Shown: positions 1 to 11,707, counted from the first letter of the stretch. The stretch: 20,085 nucleotides of DNA from Octopus sinensis (GCF_006345805.1 NW_021824319.1:1-20085), one strand, 5' to 3'. Made by a program: numbers and translations. The notes: generated by a model from the letters alone, not told the origin.

Positions 1-54
1 TAGATAGATAGATAGATAGGTGGGTAGGTAGATAGATAGAGATAGACAGATAGG

Positions 55-106
<52 letters not shown>

Positions 107-185
107 TAGACAGACAGACAGATAGTCGTTCTATCAGATAGACAGATTGAATGCTAGATAGGCAGATCGATAGATAGATAGATAC
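1..185. repeat. Compound (TAGA)n/(CAGA)n tetranucleotide microsatellite
   Basis: Directly visible tandem TAGA and CAGA units. Confidence 0.95.
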
Positions 186-689
186 ATGGACAGGTGCGTG
201 TTTGACCGTGGGCGGTAAAGAAAAAGAAACAAAAACAGCAAAGAACTCTTGGTTCCCTGCAAAAACCTCTTCCTGCTTCCTCTATCTCAGACATAATAAC
301 TCTTATATTATGCCTCTTCCTTCCTTCTTTCCTTCCTTCCTCTCTTTCTTCCTTCCTTTGTCTTTCCATCTAAATATCTTTCATTCTATTTCCTTCCCGT
401 CTTATCCTATCTTTCCTTCATTTTTATATAAATCTATTTTATATATTTTCATTCGTCAGCTTAATTGGTTTTGTTTGTTGTTGTTTGTTTTTTTCCCATA
501 ATTTTTATGCAGGTTGTTGACATCGTTGTCATCGCTATTGTTTCATTGTTGTTATTGATGATGATGATGGTAGTGGTGGTGGTGGTGATGTTTCTTGCCA
601 TATCACTTTAATGTTTATATAGCTTTTGCCTAAATTATTCCTTCATTCTGTCATTCAGTCTTTCTTATTTTAGTCACGGTCACTCATTC

Positions 690-722
690 ACACTCTCTCT
701 CTCTCACACCTATCTTCCTCTC

Positions 723-760
<38 letters not shown>
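690..760. repeat. (CT)n microsatellite
   Basis: Directly visible CT dinucleotide run. Confidence 0.9.
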
Positions 761-763
<3 letters not shown>

Positions 764-770
764 ATATAAT

Positions 771-1148
771 ATCTTTACTTTTATATGTTACAGTCACTAG
801 ACTCAGGCAATGGTAAATCGAGCCCCACCCTTATTTTTTTAAGCCTGGTACTTACTTGTCGTCCTCCTTTGCCGAACCGCTAAGTTACGGGGACGTGGAC
901 ACACCCATCCAACACTGATTTTCTGGAGGTAGCGAGGGACAAACACAAAGACAAAAACACACACGTACATAGATATATCACGACGGGCTTCTTTCAGTTT
1001 CCGTCTACCTAATCCACTCACAAGGCCTTGTTCAGCCCGAGGCTATAATAGAAGACATTTACCTAAGGTGCCACGCAGTGACACCGACCCCGGAACCATG
1101 TGGTTGACTAAGAAATAAGCTTCTTATCACATAGCCACGCCTGCGCCT
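771..1148 (-). mobile_element. tRNA-derived SINE, family 1 (head GGCGCAGGxGTGGCT..., internal microsatellite), diverged copy
   Basis: Reverse complement aligns by eye along its length with the + strand copy at 15687-16069 (shared GGAAACTGAAAGAAGC and GCCGAACCGCTAAGTTACGGGGAC blocks). A-box-like TGGCTATGTGAT at the head. Confidence 0.9.
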
Positions 1149-1207
1149 ACATAGCCACACCTGCGCTAATGTGGCCACGCCGCGCCCCACTTGACCACGC
1201 CGCGGCC

Positions 1208-1236
1208 TATATAAATGCACATATATATATACATCA

Positions 1237-1316
<80 letters not shown>

Positions 1317-1485
1317 ATTATATATATATATACATATAAACATATATATATATCTATATATATATGTATATGATATGTATGATATATATATATATAATCA
1401 TATATCTATATACATATATATATATATGTATAGATGTATATGTAAACATCGTATACATGTGTGTGTGTGTGTATATATATATACA
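1208..1485. repeat. Compound (TA)n/(TG)n microsatellite tract
   Basis: Directly visible. Confidence 0.9.
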
Positions 1486-1662
1486 CAACGAAAATTTTAG
1501 GAAAATAAAAATAAGAAATAAGTGAAATAAGAGGAAATTTTACCGGTGAGTATGTTAAATTATAAGGCACAAAAAGAAATGACTCTCCCCAGACACAACA
1601 GAATATGCTTCAACACACGAACTCACATAAAGAATCTTGCAAACCAAATCCAAAAACGAAAA

Positions 1663-2385
<723 letters not shown>

Positions 2386-2588
2386 CCCTTTCTAGTAAAG
2401 GCACAAGGCCTGAAATTTTTGGGGAGGGACTAGTCGATTACATCAACCCCAGTATTTCAATGGTACTTAGTTTATCGACCCCTAAAGGGTGGAAGGCGAA
2501 GTAGACCTCAGTGACATTTGAACTTAGAATGTAAAGAGCCGGAAGAAATGTCACTAAGCGTTTTTTATCCGGCATTCTTACGATCTTG
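2386..2588 (-). mobile_element. tRNA-derived SINE, family 2, degenerate head
   Basis: Reverse complement has a B-box-like AGTTCAAAT and the shared core ...CCTTCCACCCTTTAGGGGTCGATAAACTAAGTACC..., matching the copies at 2924-3604 and 16149-16374. Confidence 0.85.
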
Positions 2589-2923
2589 ACACATTATTAC
2601 TATTTGTAGTATTATTTGTAACGCATAGTCATTTCCCGTAGCATTATCTGCATATGATCACATAAAGCGGTTTTTAGTTTCTGAGAGGAAATGTACCAAA
2701 GCTCAATGCAGACAGTAGCACAGAATATGGCAGCCAAGAGGTGTCCAGGAGTTATGATCTGGATGCGGCCCGACCCTCTTACAGTATTAGGCGTTAAGGG
2801 CCGAAGCACTTGCATGAAGAGACTTCTCTGAAAACCTTAGAGTTTCTGGCTACAGTAGAAATTTTTTTCTCTCCCAAAGTATCATTATTTGTAGTACATT
2901 ATCAGTATCTCTATTACATATCC

Positions 2924-3138
2924 AAGACGGCGCGCTGGTAGAATCGGTAGCACGCCGGGATCAACGCTTAGCAACATTACGCCCTTCTTTACTTTCTGAG
3001 TTCAAATTCCACCAAAATCGACTTTACCTTCCATCGTTTCGAGGCCGATAAAATAAGTACCAGTTTAACACTGGAGTCGATGTAATCGACCTACACACCC
3101 TAACTTATTGACCTTGCACCAAAATTTGAAACTATTAT
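2924..3138 (+). mobile_element. tRNA-derived SINE, family 2, near full length
   Basis: A-box-like TGGTAGAATCGG, B-box GAGTTCAAATTC, core GATAAAATAAGTACCAG, short ATT tail. Confidence 0.88.
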
Positions 3139-3152
3139 CCGTAATATAATCA

Positions 3153-3604
3153 AAGTGGGGGGCTAGCAGAATCGTTAGCTGACCAGTAAAAAGGCTTAGC
3201 GGTATTTCGCCCAAATAAGGCGGTGAGAGATCAGAATGGTTAGCACACCGGCCGAAATGCTTAGTGGTATTTCGACTGCCGCTACGTTCCGAGTTCAAAT
3301 TCCGCCGAGGTCGACTTTGCCTTTCAGCCTTTCTGGGTCGATTAAATAAGTACCAGTTACGCACTGGGATCGATATCATCGACTTAATCCGTTTGTCTGT
3401 CCTTGTTTGTCCTCTCTGTGTTTAGACCCTTGTGGGTAGTAAAGAAATAGGTATTTCGCCCTAATTCCACCGGGATCTACTTTTCCTTTCATCCTTTTGG
3501 GCTCGATAAATTAAGCACCAGTCAAGCACTGGGATCCTTGTAATCAACCAGACCCCGGCCCCACAAAATTTTCAAGTCCTGCGCCTATAGAAAAAAGGGT
3601 TATT
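3153..3604 (+). mobile_element. Older family 2 SINE (3153-3212 + 3462-3604) interrupted by a younger SINE
   Basis: Head ends at GGTATTTCGCCC (3201-3212). The body resumes after a second GGTATTTCGCCC (3450-3461) with the family core and AAAGGGTTATT tail. Confidence 0.8.
3213..3449 (+). mobile_element. Family 2 SINE, alternative-tail subfamily, inserted with a 12-bp TSD
   Basis: A box, B box GAGTTCAAATTC, core, tail ...TTGTGGGTAGTAAAGAAATA shared with 16149-16374. Flanked by the direct repeat GGTATTTCGCCC. Confidence 0.88.
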
Positions 3605-4004
3605 TGTACTGCATTATCTACACAGCATTATCATTTTCTTTAGCTCTATCACAACGACATTATCATTATCTGTTGCATATTATCAAATATATTTGGTTTC
3701 AACTATAATATTTAGATCCGTAGGGTTATATATATCCGTAGTTTTCCCTCTTTTTTTTATTTTTGGATCACAAACGATAATTCATCTGGCTGTTTTGATT
3801 GATGAATGATGCGTTAAAGATTGGTGTGTGTTCTTCTAAAACATTCCTTTAGCTCTTCTCTCTCTTTTACATGCTTAACTGCTTCCGTTAATATCTGATT
3901 CAATACTGAAAGTCACAGTTTATGTGTGTGTCCCCGTTTGCATGTTTCTGCATGTGCATATATATATATATGCATGCGTACACTCCTATATATTATATGT
4001 ATGC

Positions 4005-4592
4005 ATATATATTATATGTATGCATACGTACATGTATACATACATACATATATATGCATACAAACATCCCATCCTCCACACACACGCACATATATATATC
4101 GGTATATATGTGTAGATAAATAGTTAGATAGATAGATACATACATACATACATACATACATACATACATGCATACATACATACATACATGCATACATACA
4201 TACATAAATACATACATACATACATAAATACATACATACATACATACATACATACATACATACATACATACATACATACATACATGCGTACATACACACA
4301 CAGACACACGCAATCATCTTTTCGTTTGTATAGAGACTATCAAGCAAGTTTATGGCACCATTTATTCCGAAGCCAAAACTATCAACCTGGCAGAAGCGAC
4401 TCTATGAAATTGGTCCTCCAAAGGTTACCAAGGTTAAAGTCACAATTCATTCTCAACGATTTTCCTACCGTAATATCGAATTCATGGCGGCCACAAAACG
4501 ATTTCACAAACGGAAGCATTTACCTCTTCGCTGCTACGTCTTCTTGCCTTTTCCTTTATTTTTTTTATTTTATTTTCTTTTGCTTTTTACTT
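4005..4592 (+). repeat. Left arm of ~590-bp inverted duplication (includes (TACA)n at ~4130-4300)
   Basis: Reverse complement matches 5128-5660. The ORF track shows near-identical peptides on opposite strands (4188..4601+ vs 5066..5437-; 4352..4606+ vs 5154..5369-). Confidence 0.95.
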
Positions 4593-4839
4593 ATTGCATA
4601 ACTTGATAAGTATTTAAATACATACACACATACATATATGTATATATACGTACACACAGACACGCTCACCTACACACGTATGCACACAAACACATGCAGA
4701 TAAGGTGCATAAAATATATCTTTGACTGTCATGGCTCTCTGGTTCTCCACGTACGCCTAAAGTAATTAAATACATAATGTATCTTCATATATATGTATAT
4801 CTTATATATATTATATATATATATATATATATAATATAT

Positions 4840-4887
<48 letters not shown>

Positions 4888-4889
<2 letters not shown>

Positions 4890-5086
4890 GGAGATGTACT
4901 CGCATAGCAAGTAATTTGATCTGAGATCGTGTGCTGAAACGAAAACAATTGCAGCGTGGAAGGTGTTTGTAAGCCATTTAAGAAACACACAAAAGCCGTT
5001 CGATTCACTTCAACATTAAAGTTTAATTTGTCAAAATATTTTCGTCGCTAAAATCCGCGACCTGTTCACCGACAAAAATCCGTGCT
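4888..5086 (-). mobile_element. Short non-coding Penelope-like/retrozyme-like element carrying a hammerhead-like motif
   Basis: Complex ~200-bp segment between (TA)n and a fold-back palindrome, containing the motif at 5027-5076. PLE assignment is inferred from the minimal HHR plus inverted end. Confidence 0.5.
5027..5076 (-). ncRNA. Minimal type I hammerhead-like motif, G3:C8 variant
   Basis: Minus strand: stem I TTTGTCG / core GTGAACA(+G) / stem II GTCGC-loop-GCGAC / GAA / palindromic helix III AATATT / H17=U / stem I' TGACAAA. Confidence 0.6.
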
Positions 5087-5108
5087 GCACGGATTTTTGT
5101 CAGTGAAC
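5064..5108. repeat. 45-bp near-perfect palindrome (1 mismatch, 1-nt centre at 5086)
   Basis: GTTCAC-C-GACAAAAATCCGTGC-T-GCACGGATTTTTGTC-A-GTGAAC. Confidence 0.95.
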
Positions 5109-5127
5109 CAGAGAGCCATGACAGTCA

Positions 5128-5660
5128 AAGTAAAAAGCAAAAGAAAATAAAATTTAAAAAAATAAAGGAAAAGGCAAGAAGAAATAGCAGCGAAGAGGTA
5201 AATGCTTCCGTTTGTGAAATCGTTTTGTGGCCGCCATGAATTCGATATTACGGTAGGTAAATCGTTGAGAATGAATTGTGACTTTAACCTTGGTAACCTT
5301 TGGAGGACCAATTTCATAGAGTCGCTTCTGCCAGGTTGATAGTTTTGGCTTCGGAATAAATGGTGCCATAAACTTGCTTGATAGTCTCTATACAAACGAA
5401 AATATGATTGCGTGTGTCTGTGTGTGTATGTACGCATGTATGTATGTATGTATGTATGTATGTATGTATGTATGTATGTATGTATGTATGTATGTATGTA
5501 CGCATGTATGTATGTATGTATGTATCTATCTATCTACCTAACTATTTATCTACACATATATACCGATATATATATGTGCGTGTGTGTGGAGGATGAGATG
5601 TTTGTATGCATATATATGTATGTATATATACATGTACGTATGCATACATATAATATATAT
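5128..5660 (-). repeat. Right arm of inverted duplication
   Basis: Reverse complement of 4005-4592 with at least 7 substitutions and microsatellite length change. Ends in (TA)n. Confidence 0.95.
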
Positions 5661-5802
5661 ATATAATATATATATATCTATATATATATATATATATAAT
5701 CTCGAAGGTTAAATAGGAACACACAAGTTTATATATATATATATATATAAGAGAGAGAGAGAGAGAAAGAGAAAAGCCAAGGCAGTAATTTTGTAAAAAA
5801 CA

Positions 5803-5844
5803 TTTCAGTACCGGTTTCGGTCATTGAGACTTTTTCAACTGTAA
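5803..5844 (-). ncRNA. Minimal type I hammerhead-like motif, U3:A8 variant
   Basis: Minus strand: TTACAG / TTGAAAA / AGTC-TCAAT-GACC / GAA / palindromic ACCGGT / A (GUA triplet) / CTGAAA. A10.1-C11.1 mismatch and one mismatch in stem I. Confidence 0.6.
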
Positions 5845-6074
5845 GTATGGAAAACAATTAAACTGTGGAAAAATTAAATAAAAAGTTATCTAAAAGAATA
5901 TTTGCATAGCATTCAAACGCAAGGAGTATTGTGCTTGTTTCTGCCTGTCTCTATCTCTCTTGTTTACTCTTGTGGGTTCGAGGTCGTTGTGAATTCCTGG
6001 TAGGGAAGAAGAAGAAGAACAACAACAAGAACAAGAACAAGAACAAGAAGAATGCGGGAATGCTATGATATATA

Positions 6075-6362
6075 TACTTTTATTCTTTTATTTATTTCAG
6101 TCATTTGACTGTGACCATACTGGAGCACCACTTTAGTCGGGGAAATCGACCCTGGAACTTATTCTTTGTAAGCCTAGTACTGATTCTATCGGTCTCTTTT
6201 GCCGAACCGCTAAGTTACGGGGACATAAATACACCAGACTCTGTTATCAAGCGATGTTGGGGGAACAAACACAGACACACGAACATATAAACATATACAT
6301 ATGTGTATATAAACATACACATACACACACACACACACACCACACACACACACCACACACAC

Positions 6363-6426
<64 letters not shown>

Positions 6427-6545
6427 TATATATATATATATACGACGGGCTTCTTTCAGTTTCCGTCTACCAAATTTACTCAAAAGACATTGGTTGGCCC
6501 GAGGCTATCGTAGAAGTCATATGCCCAAGGTACCATGCGTACTGA
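6075..6545 (-). mobile_element. Family 1 SINE, 5'-truncated, with expanded internal (CA)/(TA) microsatellite
   Basis: Reverse complement matches 15687-16069 for the 3' part (6075-6300) and the middle part (6442-6545). tRNA-like head missing. Confidence 0.88.
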
Positions 6546-7140
6546 TGTCTGCTAAATTGATAATAATTCATGAAGAGCACGTAAAACAATATTCGTTCTC
6601 AATCCATGCTGGCAGATTCGGACACGAATACTTGATAACCATTGTTTTCCATCATCGGAGAACACCTCCTTTTATACGACGTATGCTCTTAATACGAGCG
6701 ATTCATTAATGTAAAGGGATTCAGCTGTCGATGATTTACGTACACCTCATGAATTATAAACATAGAATCTAATTCCACATCATTCTTTTCCTTTGCTTTC
6801 AATTGAATGAATGATTTCTAAAACCAATGTAATCTCATTAAATATGCTAATTTATTCGGCCCTCTTTCAATACTTACAGGTACACTCGAACCCTACTACC
6901 GCCCTCTCGTAAACATAGCCTATTTGCGTGTAATCAGGTTGCTCTGTTACCGGTTGTCACGATGTCCTCCCGGATTATTTTGAGATATTTTCTTCACACG
7001 AAGCACTCAGAATCTATCACGGATTGTTGTTCGCTAAATAACATACGTTGATAATTTATACAGTTTTTGTTGTTGTCTGCAATCGAATTCAGCTGATTAT
7101 GTTTCATTACTGCTACATGGTAATGTCTGTCGCTTTAGAG

Positions 7141-7224
<84 letters not shown>

Positions 7225-7276
7225 GTCTGTCTATCTATCTATCTATCTATCTATCTATCCATCTATCTATCTATCC

Positions 7277-7347
<71 letters not shown>

Positions 7348-7364
7348 GATCTATCGATCTATCC

Positions 7365-7421
<57 letters not shown>

Positions 7422-7429
7422 GCTATCTG

Positions 7430-7470
<41 letters not shown>

Positions 7471-7718
7471 ATATATATATATATATATATCTGTTTATCT
7501 ATTTATCTACTTAATTACTTACAGATATAGGTAAATAGGTAATATATAAATATATGTATGTATATATGTATGTATGTATGTATGCATGTATGTGCGTGTG
7601 TGTATGTATCATATCCCAAGATGAAAAGAATTATCTCATGTATGCATTTATCCATATATATGTGTGTTTGTATATGTGTGTGTATGTATTTATGTATGAT
7701 CATATATATATATATATG

Positions 7719-7740
<22 letters not shown>
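6400..7740 (+). repeat. Tandem duplication unit 1 (~1.34 kb; includes (TATC)n at ~7141-7470)
   Basis: ACGACGGGC anchor at 6442 recurs at 7784 (offset 1342). Continuous near identity. Boundaries lie inside (TA)n and are approximate. Confidence 0.95.
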
Positions 7741-7756
<16 letters not shown>

Positions 7757-8483
7757 TATATATATGCATATATATATATATATACGACGGGCTTCTTTCA
7801 GTTTCCGTCTACCAAATTTACTCAAAAGACATTGGTTGGCCCGAGGCTATCGTAGAAGTCATATGCCCAAGGTACCATGCGTACTGATGTCTGCTAAATT
7901 GATAATAATTCATGAAGAGCACGTAAAACAATATTCGTTCTCAATCCATGCTGGCAGATTCGGACACGAATACTTGATAACCATTGTTTTCCATCATCGG
8001 AGAACACCTCCTTTTATACGACGTATGCTCTTAATACGAGCGATTCATTAATGTAAAGGGATTCAGCTGTCGATGATTTACGTACACCTCATGAATTATA
8101 AACATAGAATCTAATTCCACATCATTCTTTTCCTTTTGCTTTCAAATTGAATGAATGATTTCTAAAACCAATGTAATCTCATTAAATATGCTAATTTATT
8201 CGGCCCTCTTTCAATACTTACAGGTACACTCGAACCCTACTACCGCCCTCTCGTAAACATAGCCTATTTGCGTGTAATCAGGTTGCTCTGTTACCGGTTG
8301 TCACGATGTCCTCCCGGATTATTTTGAGATATCTTCTTCACACGAAGCACTCAGAATCTATCACGGATTGTTGTTCGCTAAATAACATACGTTGATAATT
8401 TATACAGTTTTTGTTGTTGTCTGCAATCGAATCAGCTGATTATGTTTCATTACTGCTACATGGTAATGTCTGTCGCTTTAGAG

Positions 8484-8537
<54 letters not shown>

Positions 8538-8623
8538 ATCTATCTATCTATCTATCTATATCTATCTATCTGTCTGTCTATCTATCTATCTATCTATCTA
8601 TCTATCCATCTATCTATCTATCC

Positions 8624-8694
<71 letters not shown>

Positions 8695-8732
8695 GATCTA
8701 TCGATCTATCCATCTATCTATCTATCTATCTA

Positions 8733-8767
<35 letters not shown>

Positions 8768-8775
8768 GCTATCTG

Positions 8776-8816
<41 letters not shown>

Positions 8817-9078
8817 ATATATATATATAATATATATATATATATCTGTTTATCTATTTATCTACTTAATTACTTACAGATATAGGTAAATAGGTAATAT
8901 ATAAATATATGTATGTATATATGTATGTATGTATGTATGCATGTATGTGCGTGTGTGTATGTATCATATTCCCAAGATGAAAAGAATTATCTCATGTATG
9001 CATTTATCCATATATATGTGTGTTTGTATATGTGTGTGTATGTATTTATGTATGATCATATATATATATATATATATG

Positions 9079-9100
<22 letters not shown>
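7741..9100 (+). repeat. Tandem duplication unit 2 (includes SINE fragment 7784-7885 and (TATC)n at ~8483-8815)
   Basis: Near identical to unit 1. ORFs 6254..6709 and 7554..8051 share an identical C-terminal translation. Confidence 0.95.
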
Positions 9101-9137
<37 letters not shown>

Positions 9138-9324
9138 GACAAGTATATATATGTACTTATATACTTATTTGTGTATGTGTGCGTGTATGTATCTGTCTGA
9201 TGCTGTCATTTCATTTGTCAATGTTGTCAATATGATAATGATACACTGTCACAATTCTGCTTCTTAATTAATTTTACACTTTTTAACCTTGCTGTACATT
9301 GGTTATCATGGGATATATATTCAT

Positions 9325-9357
<33 letters not shown>

Positions 9358-9551
9358 CATATCGGACAGAGAGAGGTTGTTCCGAAACTAATGGCCGCTC
9401 TAAGTGTTGTGTTATGAAACGCAATTTTTTCATAGTATTTCGATTATATTTTAGGGGAATTTCGACATACTTAATAATTAATGTATGCACATTAATACCT
9501 TTCTACTTATTTCAGACAGAAAACATTCTTGAAGCATAGGCGCCCTTGAAT

Positions 9552-10466
9552 ATGAACATGACAAAAAAGGAACTTCGCTTACTTTTCTTGCAGAAGTTCA
9601 AGCTTGGGAACAATGCCTCCCCAACTACTGCCAATATCAACAGAGCATGAGGAGAGGGGTCCACAAGTGATTGTACAGTACGAAGGTGGTTTCAGAAATT
9701 CCATAGTGGTGATGAGAGCCTTGAAGATGAAGAAGGTAGAGGACTGCCATGCAATCTTGACAATGAACAACTGAAAGCAATTGTTGAACGTAACCCACAT
9801 CAAAGTGTCAGAGAAATGTCTCAGGCACTTGGTGTCAGCATTGCAATGGCCCCACGCAATCGACAGAAGACTGGTAAGGTGGAAAAGCTCAATAAATGGG
9901 TACCGCATGAGCTCAATTAAAATAAAAAAGTAAGGCGTTTTGAAATGTGCTCGATGCTCTTTCTGCGAAACATCAATGATCCTTTTCTTGATTGAATAGT
10001 CACTTGTGACGAAAAGTGGATCCTTTATAACCGTAAACGATCAGGTCACTGATGAGTTCCCCAAACATTTCCCAAAGCCAAAGTTGTATTAGCAAAAGAT
10101 TATGGTGACTGTCTGGTAGTCTGCAATTGGTGTTGTCCATTACAGCTTTCTGGAACCAATCAAAGTACTATAGCAGAGGTTTTACTGCAATCAACTCGCT
10201 GAAATGCACGTTCACTTGCAAAACCCAATTCTGCTCCACGATAATGCAAAGCCGCATGTTGCAAGAATGATGCTGCAGGAACTCACAGACTTGGGATACG
10301 AGACGTTACCACATTCTCCATTTTCTCCTGATCTTTCACTCACTGACTACCATTTTTTAAAACTTTCAAAGATTTCTTAGCATCAAAACCGATAAGTTTT
10401 TTTCAACGAGGCACAAATAATATCGTTGATCGATGGCAGAGATACCTAGATGTTCAAGGCTCATAA
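9552..10466 (+). pseudogene. Decayed mariner (Tc1/mariner, D,D34D) transposase, Hsmar1/cecropia-like
   Basis: Manual translation: TVRRWFQKF (HTH), WVPHEL, IVTCDEKW, LLHDNAKPH, then exactly 34 residues to the D of SPDLSLTDYHF, ending RWQRYLDVQGS*. Several stops, frameshifts and deletions. TIRs not confidently found; the element may start near 9360. Confidence 0.95.
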
Positions 10467-11351
10467 TCAAAACATTAGCAATCGAAGCGAGCATTTTCAA
10501 AACAGAATTCAGCTGCATATCATACGATTTCATAATTAGTGCACAAATGCACTTTTTAATCTTCAGTGTAAGCATAATTCAAGATATATAAAAAATGAAC
10601 AAAAATCAAGATACCAGACGAACACCCAATGTATCCAGCGTAGCATATAGAATTGTTCACCCTTATACATCTATGTAAAAGGCGGGCTTTTTCGACTTGC
10701 TTCTCTGTATAACCTGTTTATTCGAAATAAAATTCAACTTATTTTCACGCTAACTACTTAATAAATTCTTATAAAGATTTTATCCTATTTTTAAATTGTA
10801 AATTTAACCGGAGTATATTCAGTGCTGAATTTTATTCCGAATATATATGTATATACACATATACATATGGCTATATGTACTCATTCCCCAACAGATACAC
10901 ATACATAGAATATTACGGAAAACTTCCGGTTTTGGTACATTTCCCGCTTCCGCTCACCCTTAGGTATACTTACACAAAAAATGATTGAAGAGAACAAAAG
11001 GCGAAAAACAGGAAAATACTTTAATATTTTAATATCGATCAATTTCTAAGAAATATTTGCAGCGAAAACATAATAAAGTGTGTGCATTTGACCTTTCTCT
11101 CTAATCTCCCTTTATTTCATTTTCATCTTCTCTCGTTTGATCGGAAGTGAAATCATAATGTTTATCCATATATTTTAACCTCTAACACTCATTAATATAT
11201 TATGTGATTAAATAACTTAATCAACTCACAAGCTTTACAAATGATGAACGAAATGATGCAACAGGCCCTCCAGAGACAGAAAGGTTATTAAATACCCGAA
11301 AGAAAAAGCAATATATTATTTTCCGTTAATTTAATCACTTGAGTGTTGCAA

Positions 11352-11376
11352 TAACAACAACAACAACAACAACAAC

Positions 11377-11423
<47 letters not shown>

Positions 11424-11436
11424 TGATGATGATGAT
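11352..11436. repeat. (CAA)n(TAA)n(TGA)n compound trinucleotide array
   Basis: Directly visible. Confidence 0.95.
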
Positions 11437-11693
11437 AAAAACTAAAATTGGTCTCATGGTACTGCTCGCGTACTCCTACGTAAAATACTGTCAACCTGAA
11501 AATACCCGATTCTCTTAAAACTGTTTCAAAATCGAAATCTTGAAAAATTAACACAATCTCTACGATATATCATTGCTAATCATAAATAAGACTCGTAATA
11601 AAAAAATGTAGACCTTGCTGTTCCTGGGGCTTACGGCGAACTTACAGTGAGACTTGGAACAGCTTATATAAAACAAAGTAGTAACAACGAACA
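11437..11693 (+). mobile_element. Extreme 3' end (last codons + 3'UTR) of an R4/Dong-type LINE, followed by (TAA)n
   Basis: 11458-11499 translates GTARVLLRKILST*, homologous to the terminus GTARIPRRVLEV* of the LINE piece at 12109-13039. Followed by ~195 bp UTR and TAA tail. Confidence 0.65.
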
Positions 11694-11707
11694 TAATAAT
11701 AATAGTA

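Noticed and set aside
2660-2850. Short open frames, one faintly like an RTE C-terminal WQP...GRP motif
   Set aside because: Similarity is too weak and interrupted to call without a profile search.
4890-4905. 10-bp GAGTACATCT (minus strand) shared with the stem I arm at ~16765-16774
   Set aside because: Too short to separate from chance, with no extended alignment.
6860-7055. Splice-like signals (TACTTACAG) and a 57-codon open frame in the duplicated unit
   Set aside because: No recognisable protein, no convincing paired splice site, and the minus-strand candidate exon has stops in all frames.
3922-9267. Many 60-165 aa ORFs rich in YI, MYVC, LSIY and HT repeats
   Set aside because: They are translations of (TA)n, (TACA)n, (TATC)n and (CA)n tracts and SINE fragments. 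The same applies to the ORFs at 11647-12354 and 18006-19948.
9579-9908. 109-aa minus-strand ORF
   Set aside because: Antisense frame of the mariner transposase relic.
9355-10850. Possible mariner terminal inverted repeats
   Set aside because: No convincing reverse-complement pair with TA duplication could be matched.
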